DNA from: the human T2T-CHM13v2.0 reference genome, Homo sapiens
NCBI RefSeq assembly: GCF_009914755.1
Contig: NC_060931.1
DNA length: 64,000 bases
Reading direction: 5' to 3' (one strand)
Shown: piece by piece, positions 44,790-57,934 of the stretch
How the letters are laid out: every line of letters starts with the position of its first letter
Position numbering within the stretch: position 1 is the stretch's first letter
The notes under the pieces: model-generated
Told to the model about the DNA's origin: nothing
The model's input: the letters and a program-made list of their open reading frames with translations, nothing else
The model's database searches: none
Translations under genes and position numbers: made by a program

Positions 44790-45832
44790 CTGCAGAAGAT
44801 AAGAATACATAAAAATCAATTTCCCAGCCAGATTTCAAGCAGACACTCTTACAAGTCACTCTCCAACCTGGATGAAAAGAGGAAGATATTTGCCATATCC
44901 CAAGGAGGAAGAAGGCCTCTAAAGCCAGAAGGGAAGTCCTATTCTCTGATATGAGGCCATTCATATGTATATTTATTAATAGTAATGCAATGCCCTCTAC
45001 AACAGGGAAAAGCACTATATTAATCAAATTTTAATTCATCTTATTTTTGTTAGAGATTTGCATTTTATTATCGCTGATGCTTTATTACTGTTTGTTGTTT
45101 AACTGGAACCCAAAATGTCTAAAGCTCCTCTAACCCCAGCTTCTGTCAAATAATAATAAGGAAAACCACCACTTGCAGGTTATACAGTAATTACTACTAA
45201 ATAAAACTCTGTGATCAATTCTGTGTAAATATATTTCCTTCCTTCCCTATCCTACCTTATATACAATGGCAACCAGTTTCTTTTCCTTTCCCATTTTGAA
45301 AAAGATTTCCTTAAAATTTTATTATAGAAAAATATTTTAAAGCAGAAGAAATAACATAATGAACCCCTATGCGTCTGTCACCCAGTCTGAATCACTCTAC
45401 CGTCATGGCTGATTTTATTTTTCCCACCTTTCCCTCAACTCCACCCCTGAGAGTAAACATTGGCTTTTAAAGTGTGTATTTTGCCATTGAGCATATTCAT
45501 AGAATCACAAGCTGTCAGAGCTGGAAATGGATTATGTTATCCCTAAATTAATTTTTCTGATTGGAAAACTGATACCCAGAGAGAGGGTCTATATGGGGTG
45601 CCTTAGGTTATTCTACAGTTAGTGAGGAGGCCAGAATGGGCCCAGCAAGCTCCAGCCGTGCTTGGCACAAGGCTTCTTGGACTGCTTGTGCTCCAGTTAA
45701 AACGGAACCTGGCAGGAAACAACCCCTTATCTAGAGGTTTAGCTTTTCCTCCAAATTAATTTATTCATAAATCCATTATAGCCACCCCTGTCCCCACAAG
45801 AGGTAGCAAGGTAGCAGTTACTTTCTAATGGA

Positions 45833-45841
45833 GAGAGACAA

Positions 45842-45880
<39 letters not shown>
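45833..45880 (+). repeat. (GA)n microsatellite
   Basis: GA dinucleotide run. Confidence 0.9.
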
Positions 45881-45882
<2 letters not shown>

Positions 45883-46613
45883 ATGATACAACATTTTACA
45901 CTTTAGAAGAAAAAGAGCTGATTTTTAAATGTAAAATCAAATTTAAAAACTTAAAATTCCTTTTCAGATTCTATCAGGAAACATCTGAGACAGGAAACAC
46001 TTAGGTTAAGCCAGTGTTTTTAGGTATTTACTAAGTTTTTTTGGTAAGAACCCTTTGGTTTATGAAGGCTCTAAGTAGCCTGTCTGAGCAAAACCTTCTT
46101 CCCATTAACTTAGCCGCCTTTTTTTTCTGCCTTTTGGTGCAAGTTCATTCATACATGAATCCATTAATTTACCAAATATTTATGGGCTCCCTACTCTGTG
46201 TCATGCACCCTACAAGGTGCCAGAGTTGACTGAAGGATTGCTGCCCGACCCCCAGGGGATATAGCCGAGTCAGGAGCTCTTGGTGATTCCAAGGCCTGGT
46301 CTGAGCCAGGCTCCACAGATTCACAGGCACCTGGGGGAGTAGAGAGGAGGGAGGGCTGGAAAAGACTCTCCCATTCATTACCCAGGGGCATACTGTTTGC
46401 CCTGTGGTGAACTTCCCTTTAATTATTCTTTGTTAAAACATGAAAATCTATTACTGTAGTCCTGGCTTGTCCAAGTGATGTTGTGGTGAAGGGAAAGCAG
46501 TTCACAGAAATAATAATTGCAAAAAGTAAAAGTAAAAACTGGAAAACCAAAGGCTTGAGCAAAAGGGCCTTAAAGCAAAAAAAGGATAAATGAGACTTAA
46601 AAAATAAGAATAC

Positions 46614-46883
46614 CTTGTAGAGAAAGCCAGGAGGCAATTCCTGAGAGGCCTCCCTTGCAGATGCTAGCTGGTCAGCAGCCCCCATGGCTGGTGCAGAAGG
46701 CGTGGGCTGAGGGTCCTGGATAGGCTTCTGCTCCGTAGCCAGCTCCGGTGTCTCGCTGGTGGGGCCCGGAGGAGCCGCGTCCTCGGTGGTCTCCTTGGGC
46801 TCTGCACCTATAGTTATTTCGTTTTCTCCTTCCTCTTCATGGTTGGAGGCAGGCTCTATGACCACCGAAGGAATGACCTTCTC
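46614..46883 (-). CDS. AMPH: Amphiphysin exon (acidic/Pro-rich linker to SH3 start)
   Basis: AG/GT bounded, 270 nt, EKVIPSVVIEPASNH...QELPPGFLYK. Confidence 0.96.
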
Positions 46884-47241
46884 CTGGGGGAAGAAAAACC
46901 GTGGCGATGCCCGGCAGGGCCTGGAAAACAGAACCTCCTTGTCCTGCACAACCTGCCTTAGCCCCCAGCCCAAAGCTGGGGCTGCCACTTCCATACTTCC
47001 CCACTAGCCAGACTCAGGTCTGGGCCTTCCGCTGTGCCACACAGCCTCCTTCTGTTCCTCCTGAGGCCTAAACCCTTAGTGGAATTAATTTCTGGATCCT
47101 TGAATAGCCAGGCAGTTTGGTAAGCATGAGGTTTCGGTGGGAATTGGGAGGAGGGATAGGGGATGGGAGACAGAGTCTTGAAGGGTGAGGGAGGCCATCC
47201 TGAGAGGGATTGCAGGAGGAGTCAATGCAGGCCGGCCTGGT

Positions 47242-47546
<305 letters not shown>

Positions 47547-48868
47547 CCGCAGGCCAGCCTGGTTCTTGTCCCACGGAACCCTAACTCTTGCGGTTGGCAG
47601 TTCACCTCCTGTGAGCCCCTTCCTCCCCTCCCCCAGTCCCAGGAGGCCCCCAGTGCCTGAACCATGCTTGCTGATGAAGATCCAGCCGGGGTTTGGAGAT
47701 CATCCACTAGTCCTTCGCTTGTGATTATCATTCCAGCCCCACACTGCTGTGGCCGCTGGAGGGACCACACCTCCACAATCCACTCCAAGTACTCTAGTGT
47801 CTGAACCAAAGGATTAGGACCACCCTTTCATTTGTTTAACAAAGATGAGCATGGAGGGGAGTTTCATCAGCAGAACGGGAGTCTTTCTATATTCCCTCTG
47901 CTATCAGCAGACTAGAGCACTAACATTCGTCAACTTGGAGAGATAATACCGTCTTTCCATGAGTAGAACAACATACACAAAAACACTCTGGGCACTGTGA
48001 TGAGAAAATCTAAGGGGAAAAAGGAATATTCTTTTAAGTTCCTTCTCCCATAACACTGTTATCTGCCTCAGCCCCCAGCCCAAAAAGGGATAATGAAAGG
48101 GATAATTCAGTTTCAAGTTTTAAGTAACCCTGGAGAAATTTTTGAAAACTTATTGGGAGTAAAATCATCAGAAGAAAACAATGCATACCATTAAGCCCCC
48201 TCTTAATGTTGCCTTCTAGAATACCGAAGAACCAGACAATGGAGGCAGGCCCTGGGGTTGGAGGCCCTCGCAGTGGTAGAGTATGTGGCTTTGTGGCCTC
48301 TCAATGCTGCTCTGAGGCAGTGCCGAGCAGGGCCCCCTCCCGCCTCATGCACGGACCTAATGGCCCTGGTCCCTTTGTTTCCCTTCTCAAAGTGCCACCC
48401 AGTGGTGGGCTCTTGGTAAAAGGGGCCTGATGGTGAATTTGGGGCACTCTAATGATAATAATAACCACCAAACAGTAATAAGAATAATAAGATCTAAATA
48501 CTATTGAGTTCTCTCCCTGGGCTGAGTGCTCACTTCATCACATTCTCTTTCTCCCGGCTCCATTCTCATCCTTTTCACTGTCCTGCTTCATTCCTTTCTC
48601 CACGTCACCCCAGTTTCCCATTCCCGTTTCCATGCTTAGGCCCAGTCAGCCACAGGCCCTGAGGGCCTATATGCAACATTGCAATGCTGATACTGAGCAG
48701 CTGGGATTAGTCTTTCTGAGAATCTGATAATAATGTTGTTTGGTGGAGTCACAAAATTGCTACAAACCTATTATACATCCAAAGAGTTATCACCATGAAC
48801 CAACCAACAGAGCACCCAGCCCATGCTACTTCCCAGGAGCTCCCCTGGCTGCGACATGGGACACTCAC

Positions 48869-49078
48869 CTGAGGCACTGTTGCTTCGAGCTCCTCTGCTT
48901 CAGGTTGGGCACTCTCTGCACCCTCAGTGGTTTCAGTTCCAATTTTGGCCTCCTCTAAACTTACTCCTTCCCCGGCAGGGACAGTGGCCTTCTCCGCCTC
49001 TGCTTCCTCTCCTGGGGCCCCCTCAGCTGCTGACACCAAGGTTCCAACAGCTGCATCAGCATCAGCTCCAGGTATGAT
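48869..49078 (-). CDS. AMPH: Amphiphysin exon (acidic linker)
   Basis: AG/GT bounded, 210 nt, IIPGADADAAVGTLVS...ELEATVPQ; joins in frame to the next three exons. Upstream exon lies beyond the window. Confidence 0.96.
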
Positions 49079-49442
49079 CTGCAGGGCAGAAACCAGCAGG
49101 CCACGTCTGCATCTCCATGGGCCTCTGCCAGGAGTCAAACTCAAGCCTATTTCTAATCTCCCCTCTGTGGAGGCTATTCAGATTTGGAACATTCTTTGCA
49201 CTCCCAGGATTTAGGTACAGCAGAATCTGCCATCTATTCATCAACACTCTGACTTCTCTTCTGCTGAGCTCCCAACAATTCTACACTCCTCAGCTTTCCC
49301 TGCTGTCAGGTGTAGCAAATGGGATTAGAATGGAAGTGACATACACCATTCCAAAGACATGGCTTTTAAGGTGTAGGTGGTCCTCTCCACAAGCTATTTC
49401 CATTTTTATTGGCTGGAAGCAACAAATGAGGCCTTAGGGGAG

Positions 49443-49924
49443 TGAAAGAAATATAATTGAATCTCGGGACCTTAAACTTACCATGCCAAAGGAAAGCTAA
49501 GCTTGGGAACGGAGTCACACGAAAACCATCTTCCTTCTGTTCCCAAACACAGGGCTGTAATTTCACACACTTCCTTCATCTTATGTAACATGCAGAACTA
49601 CAGAGCATGAGATGAAGGCATGAGTGACTTTGTCCCCACTCCCTCTTTTCACATGTAAAATGTAGATTCACTGAGCGCTAATCAGAGCCTCACAAGAATG
49701 TGACACTTGCCTCATTGCCTAACCACCCTCTTTTTAAAAAAATTATTTCCTTCTTGCTTGCTATTTCCCCTTTAAATACTGAAGTTTTCAAAACTCTCTT
49801 CAGAAAAAGCACACGTCACAGATCCTCCTTTGACTCGTGTCTCTTTTTCCTGGGTGCATCCTTAACCTTGGCTAAATAAGCCTCTCCATGACTAAGACGT
49901 GCCTTGGTCACTTTTTGATTTACA
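49443..49924 (+). mobile_element. ERV1 solo LTR (MER4-group-like) inserted into an MLT1-like fragment (~49240-49960)
   Basis: TG...CA ends, TTTAAATA TATA-like box, CTTAACCTTGGCTAAATAAG polyA region; flanks resemble split MLT1. Confidence 0.65.
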
Positions 49925-51022
49925 TGGCACATCTGGGTCACAGGATGGAAGTGGCCTGGGTCAGAGAGAAAAGCCATATCAGAAAAGCATCCTCATCACA
50001 CAAAGTCAAAATTTAGAAAGAGTGCATTTTAGTATAAACTTTCAAATCTTTGTGAGGAAGGTTCCAGAAGCCAAATCACTTTCACAGGAAAAAAAAAAAT
50101 ACATAAGGAAGCTTTCTCAATGAAAACCCTCGAGAATGAAGGGGAAATCATTTTTGTAATCAAATATGCATGGTAATGCTCCAAATAGCTGTAGAGCCTG
50201 TTATAGGCAAAATGCCAAAATCATAGTTTAGGTCCAGTAAGGAGAAGTGAAATAGAAAAAAGTCAGAATTTTCTTTCTAAGGTAGAAACACAGAAGAAGA
50301 GTTTTAAGTACTATTTAAAATTTGAGATAATGAAATAAAGGAAATGCAATCAGAAATTTTAGTTTTGAACAAATGGGTTGGAGTCCAACTCTTTAAACAG
50401 GATTCTGACAACATCAGCTTGGCAGACTTGATTTGAGAGGTTCACGTGAGAAAGACTATGTTAGAAGAATCTCAGGTTGATCTTATATAATATATCCGGG
50501 ACACATATTTCAAAAATGGCTCTTACTATCTGATGGGATTAGGATTAACTATTTTTTCTTTGTTGAATACATTCTATCCAGTTCAACATCTTAAGTTAGG
50601 AAGGCCCTAATATTGCAAATATTAACTTTCAAACTCAGAAAACAGAAAAGGACAATGAAGAGTACCTCCGAGTGAGCATCAGAAATCGGAGATGAAGAAC
50701 ATGAACCACACATCTACACTTATAACAAAGCAGTTTTAAAAACGTTTCTGCTGGCTCAAAGGTACAGGTAATAGTTTAAATAAAAATGCCTGTTACAGAA
50801 TATATACAGTACATTTTTCTATAAGATAATATTTTATTTGGGAATGAAAAAGAAATGTTAACAGCTATACTACTCATTATATGTCCAAGTATTTACTCAT
50901 ATTCTTAGAAACTTATTTCCCTCTCTTATGAGAATCTCCTATTACGAGGATGTGGCTCTCCAAATGTGCAATCCCTAGCCATGACATACTTCCTTCTTTC
51001 TGCCCTGTCATGAAAGTACATG

Positions 51023-51388
51023 TGACATGGTTTGGCTCTGTGTCCCCACCCAAATCTCATCTTGTAGGTCCCATAATTCCCATGTGTTGTGGGAGGGACT
51101 TGGTGGGAGATGATTGAATCATGGGGGTGGGTCTTTCCCATGCTGTTCTCATGATAGTGACTGGGTCTCACCAGATTTGATGGTTTTAAAAATGGGAGTT
51201 TCCCTGCACAAGCTCTGTTTTTGCCTGCTGCCATCCATGTAAGATGTGACTTGCTCCTCTTTGCCTTCCATCATGATTGTGAGGCCTCCCCAGCTATGTG
51301 GAACTGTAAGTCCAATAAACCTCTTTCTTTTGCAAATTGCCCAGTCTCAGGTATGTCTTTATCAGCAGCATGAAAATGGACTAATACA
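51023..51388 (+). mobile_element. THE1 (THE1A-like) MaLR solo LTR
   Basis: TGACATGGTTTGGCTCTGTGTCCCCACCCAAATCTC...GGACTAATACA; 5-bp TSD ACATG/ATATG. Confidence 0.92.
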
Positions 51389-52329
51389 ATATGGGTTCAC
51401 AAAAGTAATGATTTCTCATGAATTGTAACAGACACTTATTTAAAGTGAATTATAAATGCTGATCATTATTGAAGTGGGGTAACAAGTACATGAGGGTTTA
51501 TATTTTGGCAAATGGCTGAAAATTCCTATAATAAAAAGTTTATTTTGAAATCGAATAGACTTTCATCACTGTTTTAAATAAGCACCGACCTTTTTATGGA
51601 TGCTATTGTTACTGTTGTCAAGAGAATAGTAATCAGAACATAAATTAGTAGGGCATCTTAATCCTGAGAAGAACAAGGAGCAATTGCTCATAGCTTTATT
51701 GTCGGAGACATTAACAGGATTTCTCTACGACACTAAGGACCTAATAAAGTTTCTTCTATGTTAAAAACTATACTGAAAGAAAATGTGCATGCAATAAACT
51801 TATGAGCTCAAATGTAGAAAATAAGTTGTGTCATGATTACAAGCTTATTCTCTCCATCTGTCTGGAAAATCACACCTATGAATATCCCACTAGTTTCAAC
51901 AGCTTGGAAGCAGATGGACTCTATCTACATGCAGACGGTATGGACAAACAGAGCAGCAGACACCACCACTACACACACATGCAGCAGAGGCACTGCTACA
52001 GATGAAAAAGCAGACAGGATGTTATTCCATGGGCTACTCTCCCAAGTGATTATGCATAAATCCTTTTATACATATATGTTCCAACCACACATTATTACTA
52101 ATTGGCTTTTAGTCTCAGTTGAATTGATACTACATCTCTGGGAGAGGATATCTTTCCATGACCTATAGATGGTGTTGCCACAGGTGATTTTTTAAACTTG
52201 TTCCATACGAACATAATGTTTATTATTAACCTGTAACTTGTCTCTAGATATCTATCAATTTGGTTGTATAAGATTTTACCATCACTAAATATACATGTTA
52301 TCACCTTTCCTTTGCTAGATAATTTAAGC

Positions 52330-53740
52330 AGGCAACGAAACTGGACTCCTATCTTTTGCCATATACAAAAATTAAATAAAAATGGATTAAATACTTAAAT
52401 ATAAGTCTTCAAACTATGAAACTACCAAAAGGAAACATTGGGAAAGCTCTCTAGGACACTGGACTGGGTAAAGATTTCTTGAGTAATATCCCAAAAGCAC
52501 AGGCACACAAAGCGAAAATGGACAAATGGGATTACGTCAAGTTAAAAAGCCTCTGCACTGCCAAGGGAACAATCAACAAAGACAACCTGCAGAATGGGAG
52601 AAAATATTTGTGAACTACCCATCTGACAAGGGATTAATAACCAGAATACATAAGGATCTCAAACAACTCTATGGGGAAAAAATCTAATAATTCCAATTAA
52701 AAAATGGGCAAAAGATCTGAATAGACAGTTCACAAAAGAAGACATAAATAGCAAACAAGTATGTGAAAAGGTGCTCAACCTCACTGATCATCAGAGAAAT
52801 GCAAATCGAAACTACAATGAGATCTCATCTCACCCCAGTTAAAACGGCTTTTATCCAAAAGACAGGCAATAACAAATGCTGGCGAGGAAGTAGAGAAAAA
52901 AGAAACCTCATATACTGTTGGTGGAAATGTAAATTAATGCAACTATTATGGTGAACAGTTTGGAGGTTCCTCAAAAAAAAAAAAAAACACAAAAACTAAA
53001 AGTAGAGATACCATATGATCCAGCAATCCCACTGCTAGGTATATACTCAAAAAAAAAAAAAAACAAAAAAAAAAGGGAAATCAATATATCAAGGAGGTAT
53101 CTGCACTCACATGTTTATTGCAGCACTATTCACAATAGCCAAGATTTGGAAGCAACCTAAGTATCCATCAACAGATGAATGGATAAAGAAAATGTGATAC
53201 ATATATACAATGGAGTACTATTCAGCCATAGAAAACAATGAGATCTTGTCATTTGCAACAACATGGATGGAACTGGAGGTCATTATGTTAAGGGAAAAAA
53301 GCCAGGCACAGAAAGACAAACTTTGAATGTTCTTACTTATTTCTAGGTGCTAAAAAGTAAAACAATTGAATTCATGGAGACAGAGAGTAGAAGGATGCTT
53401 ACCAGAGGCTGGGAAGGGTAGTGAGGAAGTAGGGGGGATGGTTAATGGGCACAAACAATAATTAGAAAGAATAAATAAGACCTAGTATTTCATAACACAA
53501 ACAGGGTGACTACAGTCAACAATAACTTATTGTACATTTTAAAATAACTAAAAGAATATTACTGGATTATAATGCAAAAAAAGGATAAATGCTTAAGGAG
53601 GTGATAGATATATTTACCCTGAGGTAATTACTACATGTCATATATCTGTATCAAAATATCTCACGTACCTCATAAATATATCCACCCCCTACGTACCCAC
53701 AAAAGTTAAAAATAAACATAAAATAAAATAATAAAAAACA
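52330..53740 (+). mobile_element. 5'-truncated L1 (L1MA-like 3' UTR)
   Basis: ORF2 C-terminal remnants ([15 protein letters not shown]..; IPYDPAIPLLGIY), L1MA-type 3' UTR, A-rich tail. Confidence 0.88.
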
Positions 53741-53766
53741 GGTATTAGCTGCTGTGACACCAACCA

Positions 53767-53780
53767 CCAGCAGGTGGCGG
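53767..53780 (+). promoter_or_regulatory. CTCF consensus motif
   Basis: CCAGCAGGTGGCGG fits CCASYAGRKGGCRS at every position. Confidence 0.65.
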
Positions 53781-54934
53781 CCAAAGGCTCTGCCTGACTG
53801 CTCTGACGTTCCTGACGTTGTAGGAGCAAATACCTCAGCCTCAGCACCTCAGCTGTGATTTTTGTCACATAAAAAAGAACTGCAGCATGCAGAAAACGAA
53901 TTTTAAGAATGATAAATAAATATCAGGAAAATACCGAAATTAACAACTCTGGCAAAGGTAAGGTGCTAAGGAATTGGCACTTTAGACTTTAAAGAGAAGC
54001 CAAACAATTTTAATGATCTACTTGGAAAACAAACAACACTCCTACACCCTACTTTGAGTCCATTAGTAATGAATTCCCATTTTTCCAGCTGCTGTTTACT
54101 TACCACGTTGATTTTACAGGGCTTAAAAACTACATAAACAGAGAAGGATCATCCGCTATCTGCGTATCCTCATAGCTTTCTGTTTCTGACACTAGTCTGA
54201 TGATCAGGGGGCATCAGTCCTCCCTTTATGTCTGGAATCTGGTCCAGATGTTTTGCTCTTACCAAAATACTTCCAATGCCGTATTTACTGACCGCAAGAA
54301 TAGAACAACATAAAAATACAATGGAAAACAGGAACCCATTTGTTCAGATTAGGTGTTAGCTGTAGATAAAATCAAGGAAAGAGTAAAAAGGTTTTCATCA
54401 ATGAAAGTTATACCTCTTATTATTATTGTTGTTGTCATGCATTTCAATTTGTTAGCTATTTGTAGAGCTATAAAAGAAAAAACATTTTCTATGCTCTGCT
54501 TGCTACAGTACATGTTATACCTGCTAGGAAAAACCACAATGATAAATGACTACCATTTGCTTTTTAAAAAATGTTACTCACAAAGACCAGGGACTGAATC
54601 TGCTGAAAGTACTTCAAGCCTTTCATACCCAGTGCTATCAAATGTTTCTCTTCACTCTAAATGTTCAGAAAAACACAATTATCCTATCTTCTGCCCAACC
54701 TATACTATCTATTGGTCAAATATATTTATGGGGGAAACAGCTATTGCAAACAGAGACTAAAAATGTTCTCCTTGACCTTGGGCACATATTTACTATATCC
54801 ATGAGGTCTATGAGGTGCAGAAACTAGGAGTATTGCTAACCCGCCTGTCCATCACACAGAAATCACAGCGACCAGCACAAAACCTTCTGGAGAGAGTAGG
54901 TGGTGGCTCTCTGCACCATACATACCTCATTGCT

Positions 54935-55258
<324 letters not shown>

Positions 55259-57934
55259 TAATCTTCTGTCTCAATCATCTCCTTAGTGGAAAGCCACATA
55301 ATTATGGCATTCATGCCAGGGTCCCCTAAACACCAGTTTAAATTTGCTTTAGCAAAATTTTCTGGAAATGTAATGACATGAATGAAATGCAACAATAGCC
55401 TAGGTTATCAATCATGTAAAATAGGGAAACACAACTGGGTGACAGAAACTAGCCAGTCCTGCTATGAGATGGTGCTATGAAAGCAGGTCAACAAGGACCA
55501 AGACCCCCAAACATGTCAGAGTAGTGATAGGCTCAAGAGAACTTGTCGTCTCTGAGGTTTATGTCATGCATTCATACATTCATTCACTCATTTATTTACT
55601 TATTTGCTTGTTTTCTTTGTGATATTAGCTCTGACCAATGCCTGAAAGTAGTGTGTCAATCACGCAACTGGTCGGGATGAGACAATTGAAGATACTTTCA
55701 TTATCCTTCTGCCCAGCATGAAATTCCATACTTATTTATAAAGTAGGTTATTGTAACTGATCATAGGCATTTTTCTAATAAAGCAATTAAAAAATTTTTT
55801 TCTAACAAATTTTAAAATAATAAAAGAAATAATTTATGGTAACATTTTGATATATTTAGTTGTATTCATTTTCTAATCATACAAGGGTTTATCTTACAAA
55901 ACATGAGTCATGTTTCTGAGAAAAGTTATAGTAATGGATATATAATACTTTATTGCTTATTCTATTTATCAAGTTATTTAACAGTTCTATTAGCATTAAA
56001 CACTAGTTGGTTTCATTTTTAAATGTTACTCTAACACTGTGAGAAAGATCTTTGGTTTGTAACCCAACAATTATTAGGTTACACATTTCAATAATTTAAA
56101 TACTAAACACTGCTCTATTTCTTTATGATGTCTCCATTAAACATGTTTTGGGGGTTTCTGCTCAACATTATAAGAAATTTTTAAAAAATTTCAAAAACAT
56201 AGAATCATACAATGAACTTCCAAGTGCCCACCACCTAGGATCCTCAATAGACATGTCACCACATTTGCTTTATCACGTCTTCCCACCTATCTGCCTTGAT
56301 TTGAGTCATCTTCCAGTCAATTGCAATATAGCTTCATAAAATGCTTTTTAGGAATTCTATGGAAAGTCTCTAGCACCTTATGTAATTGGTAATGTCTTTC
56401 TGCTGCTTTCCTACATGACCAACTATTGACTTGGGGTAGAATTACTGTATTGTGTTTCTTTGTGCTCAAAATTTGTATGTTGTTCTAATAGCTTCTGACC
56501 TTTAGTATTGATATGGATAAGTCAGAGAACAACCTAATTGTTGTTCATTTGTAGTGCTTTCTTATTTCCAACCTAGATGCTTGCAGAACTTTTTTTTTAA
56601 ACTTTAAACTCAAATATTTAAAAGAATACATTTCAATGTAGTCTCTCCCCATTAAGTTTGCTTTTTTTGGTGATTTCTTATGATCCACATGCAGGAATTC
56701 CATCAACTAGGAAAACTTCAGTTTGAGCATGTTTTTTTCTATTATACTGGCCACTTCTGCTTCTGTAACATTCTTATAGTCTCTTCTTCAGGATGAACTT
56801 CTACCCATGAGCTGTATCTTCACTCCTTGGTCCCTAAATCTATCATCTTTGCTTGTGCTTCTCTTTATGTGTTGGGAGAACTCCTCCAGCTTGTCCTCAT
56901 ATCACTAAATCGATTCTCTATAGTGTTGCTTCTCGTCTTTACCACATCTCATGCAAATTTTAATTCTAATATTACATTTCCTCCCCTTAAAATCTTTTCT
57001 CATGTTATTGAGTTCCCTTTTCATCTGCCTTTCAAAGTGACTTTCTTTTCTTCTCAATATGGTTGCCTTATCATCTCACCCTTCATCTTTTGTTTCACCT
57101 ATCGAGGTCATCTTGAGTTTTACTGACAACAAAAAGGAAGGCAATTTTCAAATTTTGTCTTTGTATGTCAGGTAATTTTTGTTATTGTTGCATGTTCTCT
57201 AAAGAAACTTTTAACTCTGGCATGCAATAATTATTTTTTCTTTTGTATTGCTCTATAGGTGTTTGCTAATCTAAAAATGTATTTACTTGCTTAGTTTTCT
57301 CAAATCAGGAGAAATCTCTATAGGCTTGATGTTTACAGTAGACGTGGAAACATTTTCTTTGTTCCATTTTACTCGCTATCTGGGGACTCTTAGATATCCT
57401 TTTCAGAACAGGAGCTGGAGAGGGATTTATCAAGTCTTGACATAGAATCACCTGCTCTGAATCCCCTAAATATATGTGTCAAAGGATATACTTCTGTGAG
57501 AGTAGCAGCAGGCCCCAAATGGCCTGGATGCTTCAGAAAGGAATCCCATACTCATGGCGGGGTAGATGCGAGTTGTCTCTGATCGAGGGTGGAGATGGAT
57601 GACACTCTCAGATATTTTCCCTTGCCTGGCTCAGGTATTATGCGTCAAGGATCCATTTATACTTTGTTTTATGGAAAATTATCTTGGGTTTAGCTAACAT
57701 TTCTAGAATATACTTTTGAAATGTTGACTTTCTTTTTCTATATGCTGGGTTTTTTCTTTAAGAGTAAAATCATTAAAATGAAAACAAAAAAAACTAGTAA
57801 TAGTGAATCTGATTTTTTGAGTGATTTTTAAGTGTTTTCAGCTTTCTCGTGAATCTTCTTTTACACATCCCAATGATAAATTTCATTTTTTTAAAAAAAT
57901 GCTCCAAGGTTTTTTTGTTGTTGTTGTTGTTTTT

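Noticed and set aside
46419-46994. 191-aa ORF extending beyond the AMPH exon
   Set aside because: Only 46614-46883 is bounded by canonical splice sites; flanks are intronic read-through.
52160-52178. CTCF-like CCTATAGATGGTG
   Set aside because: Mismatches in both the 5' CCAS and the GGC core.
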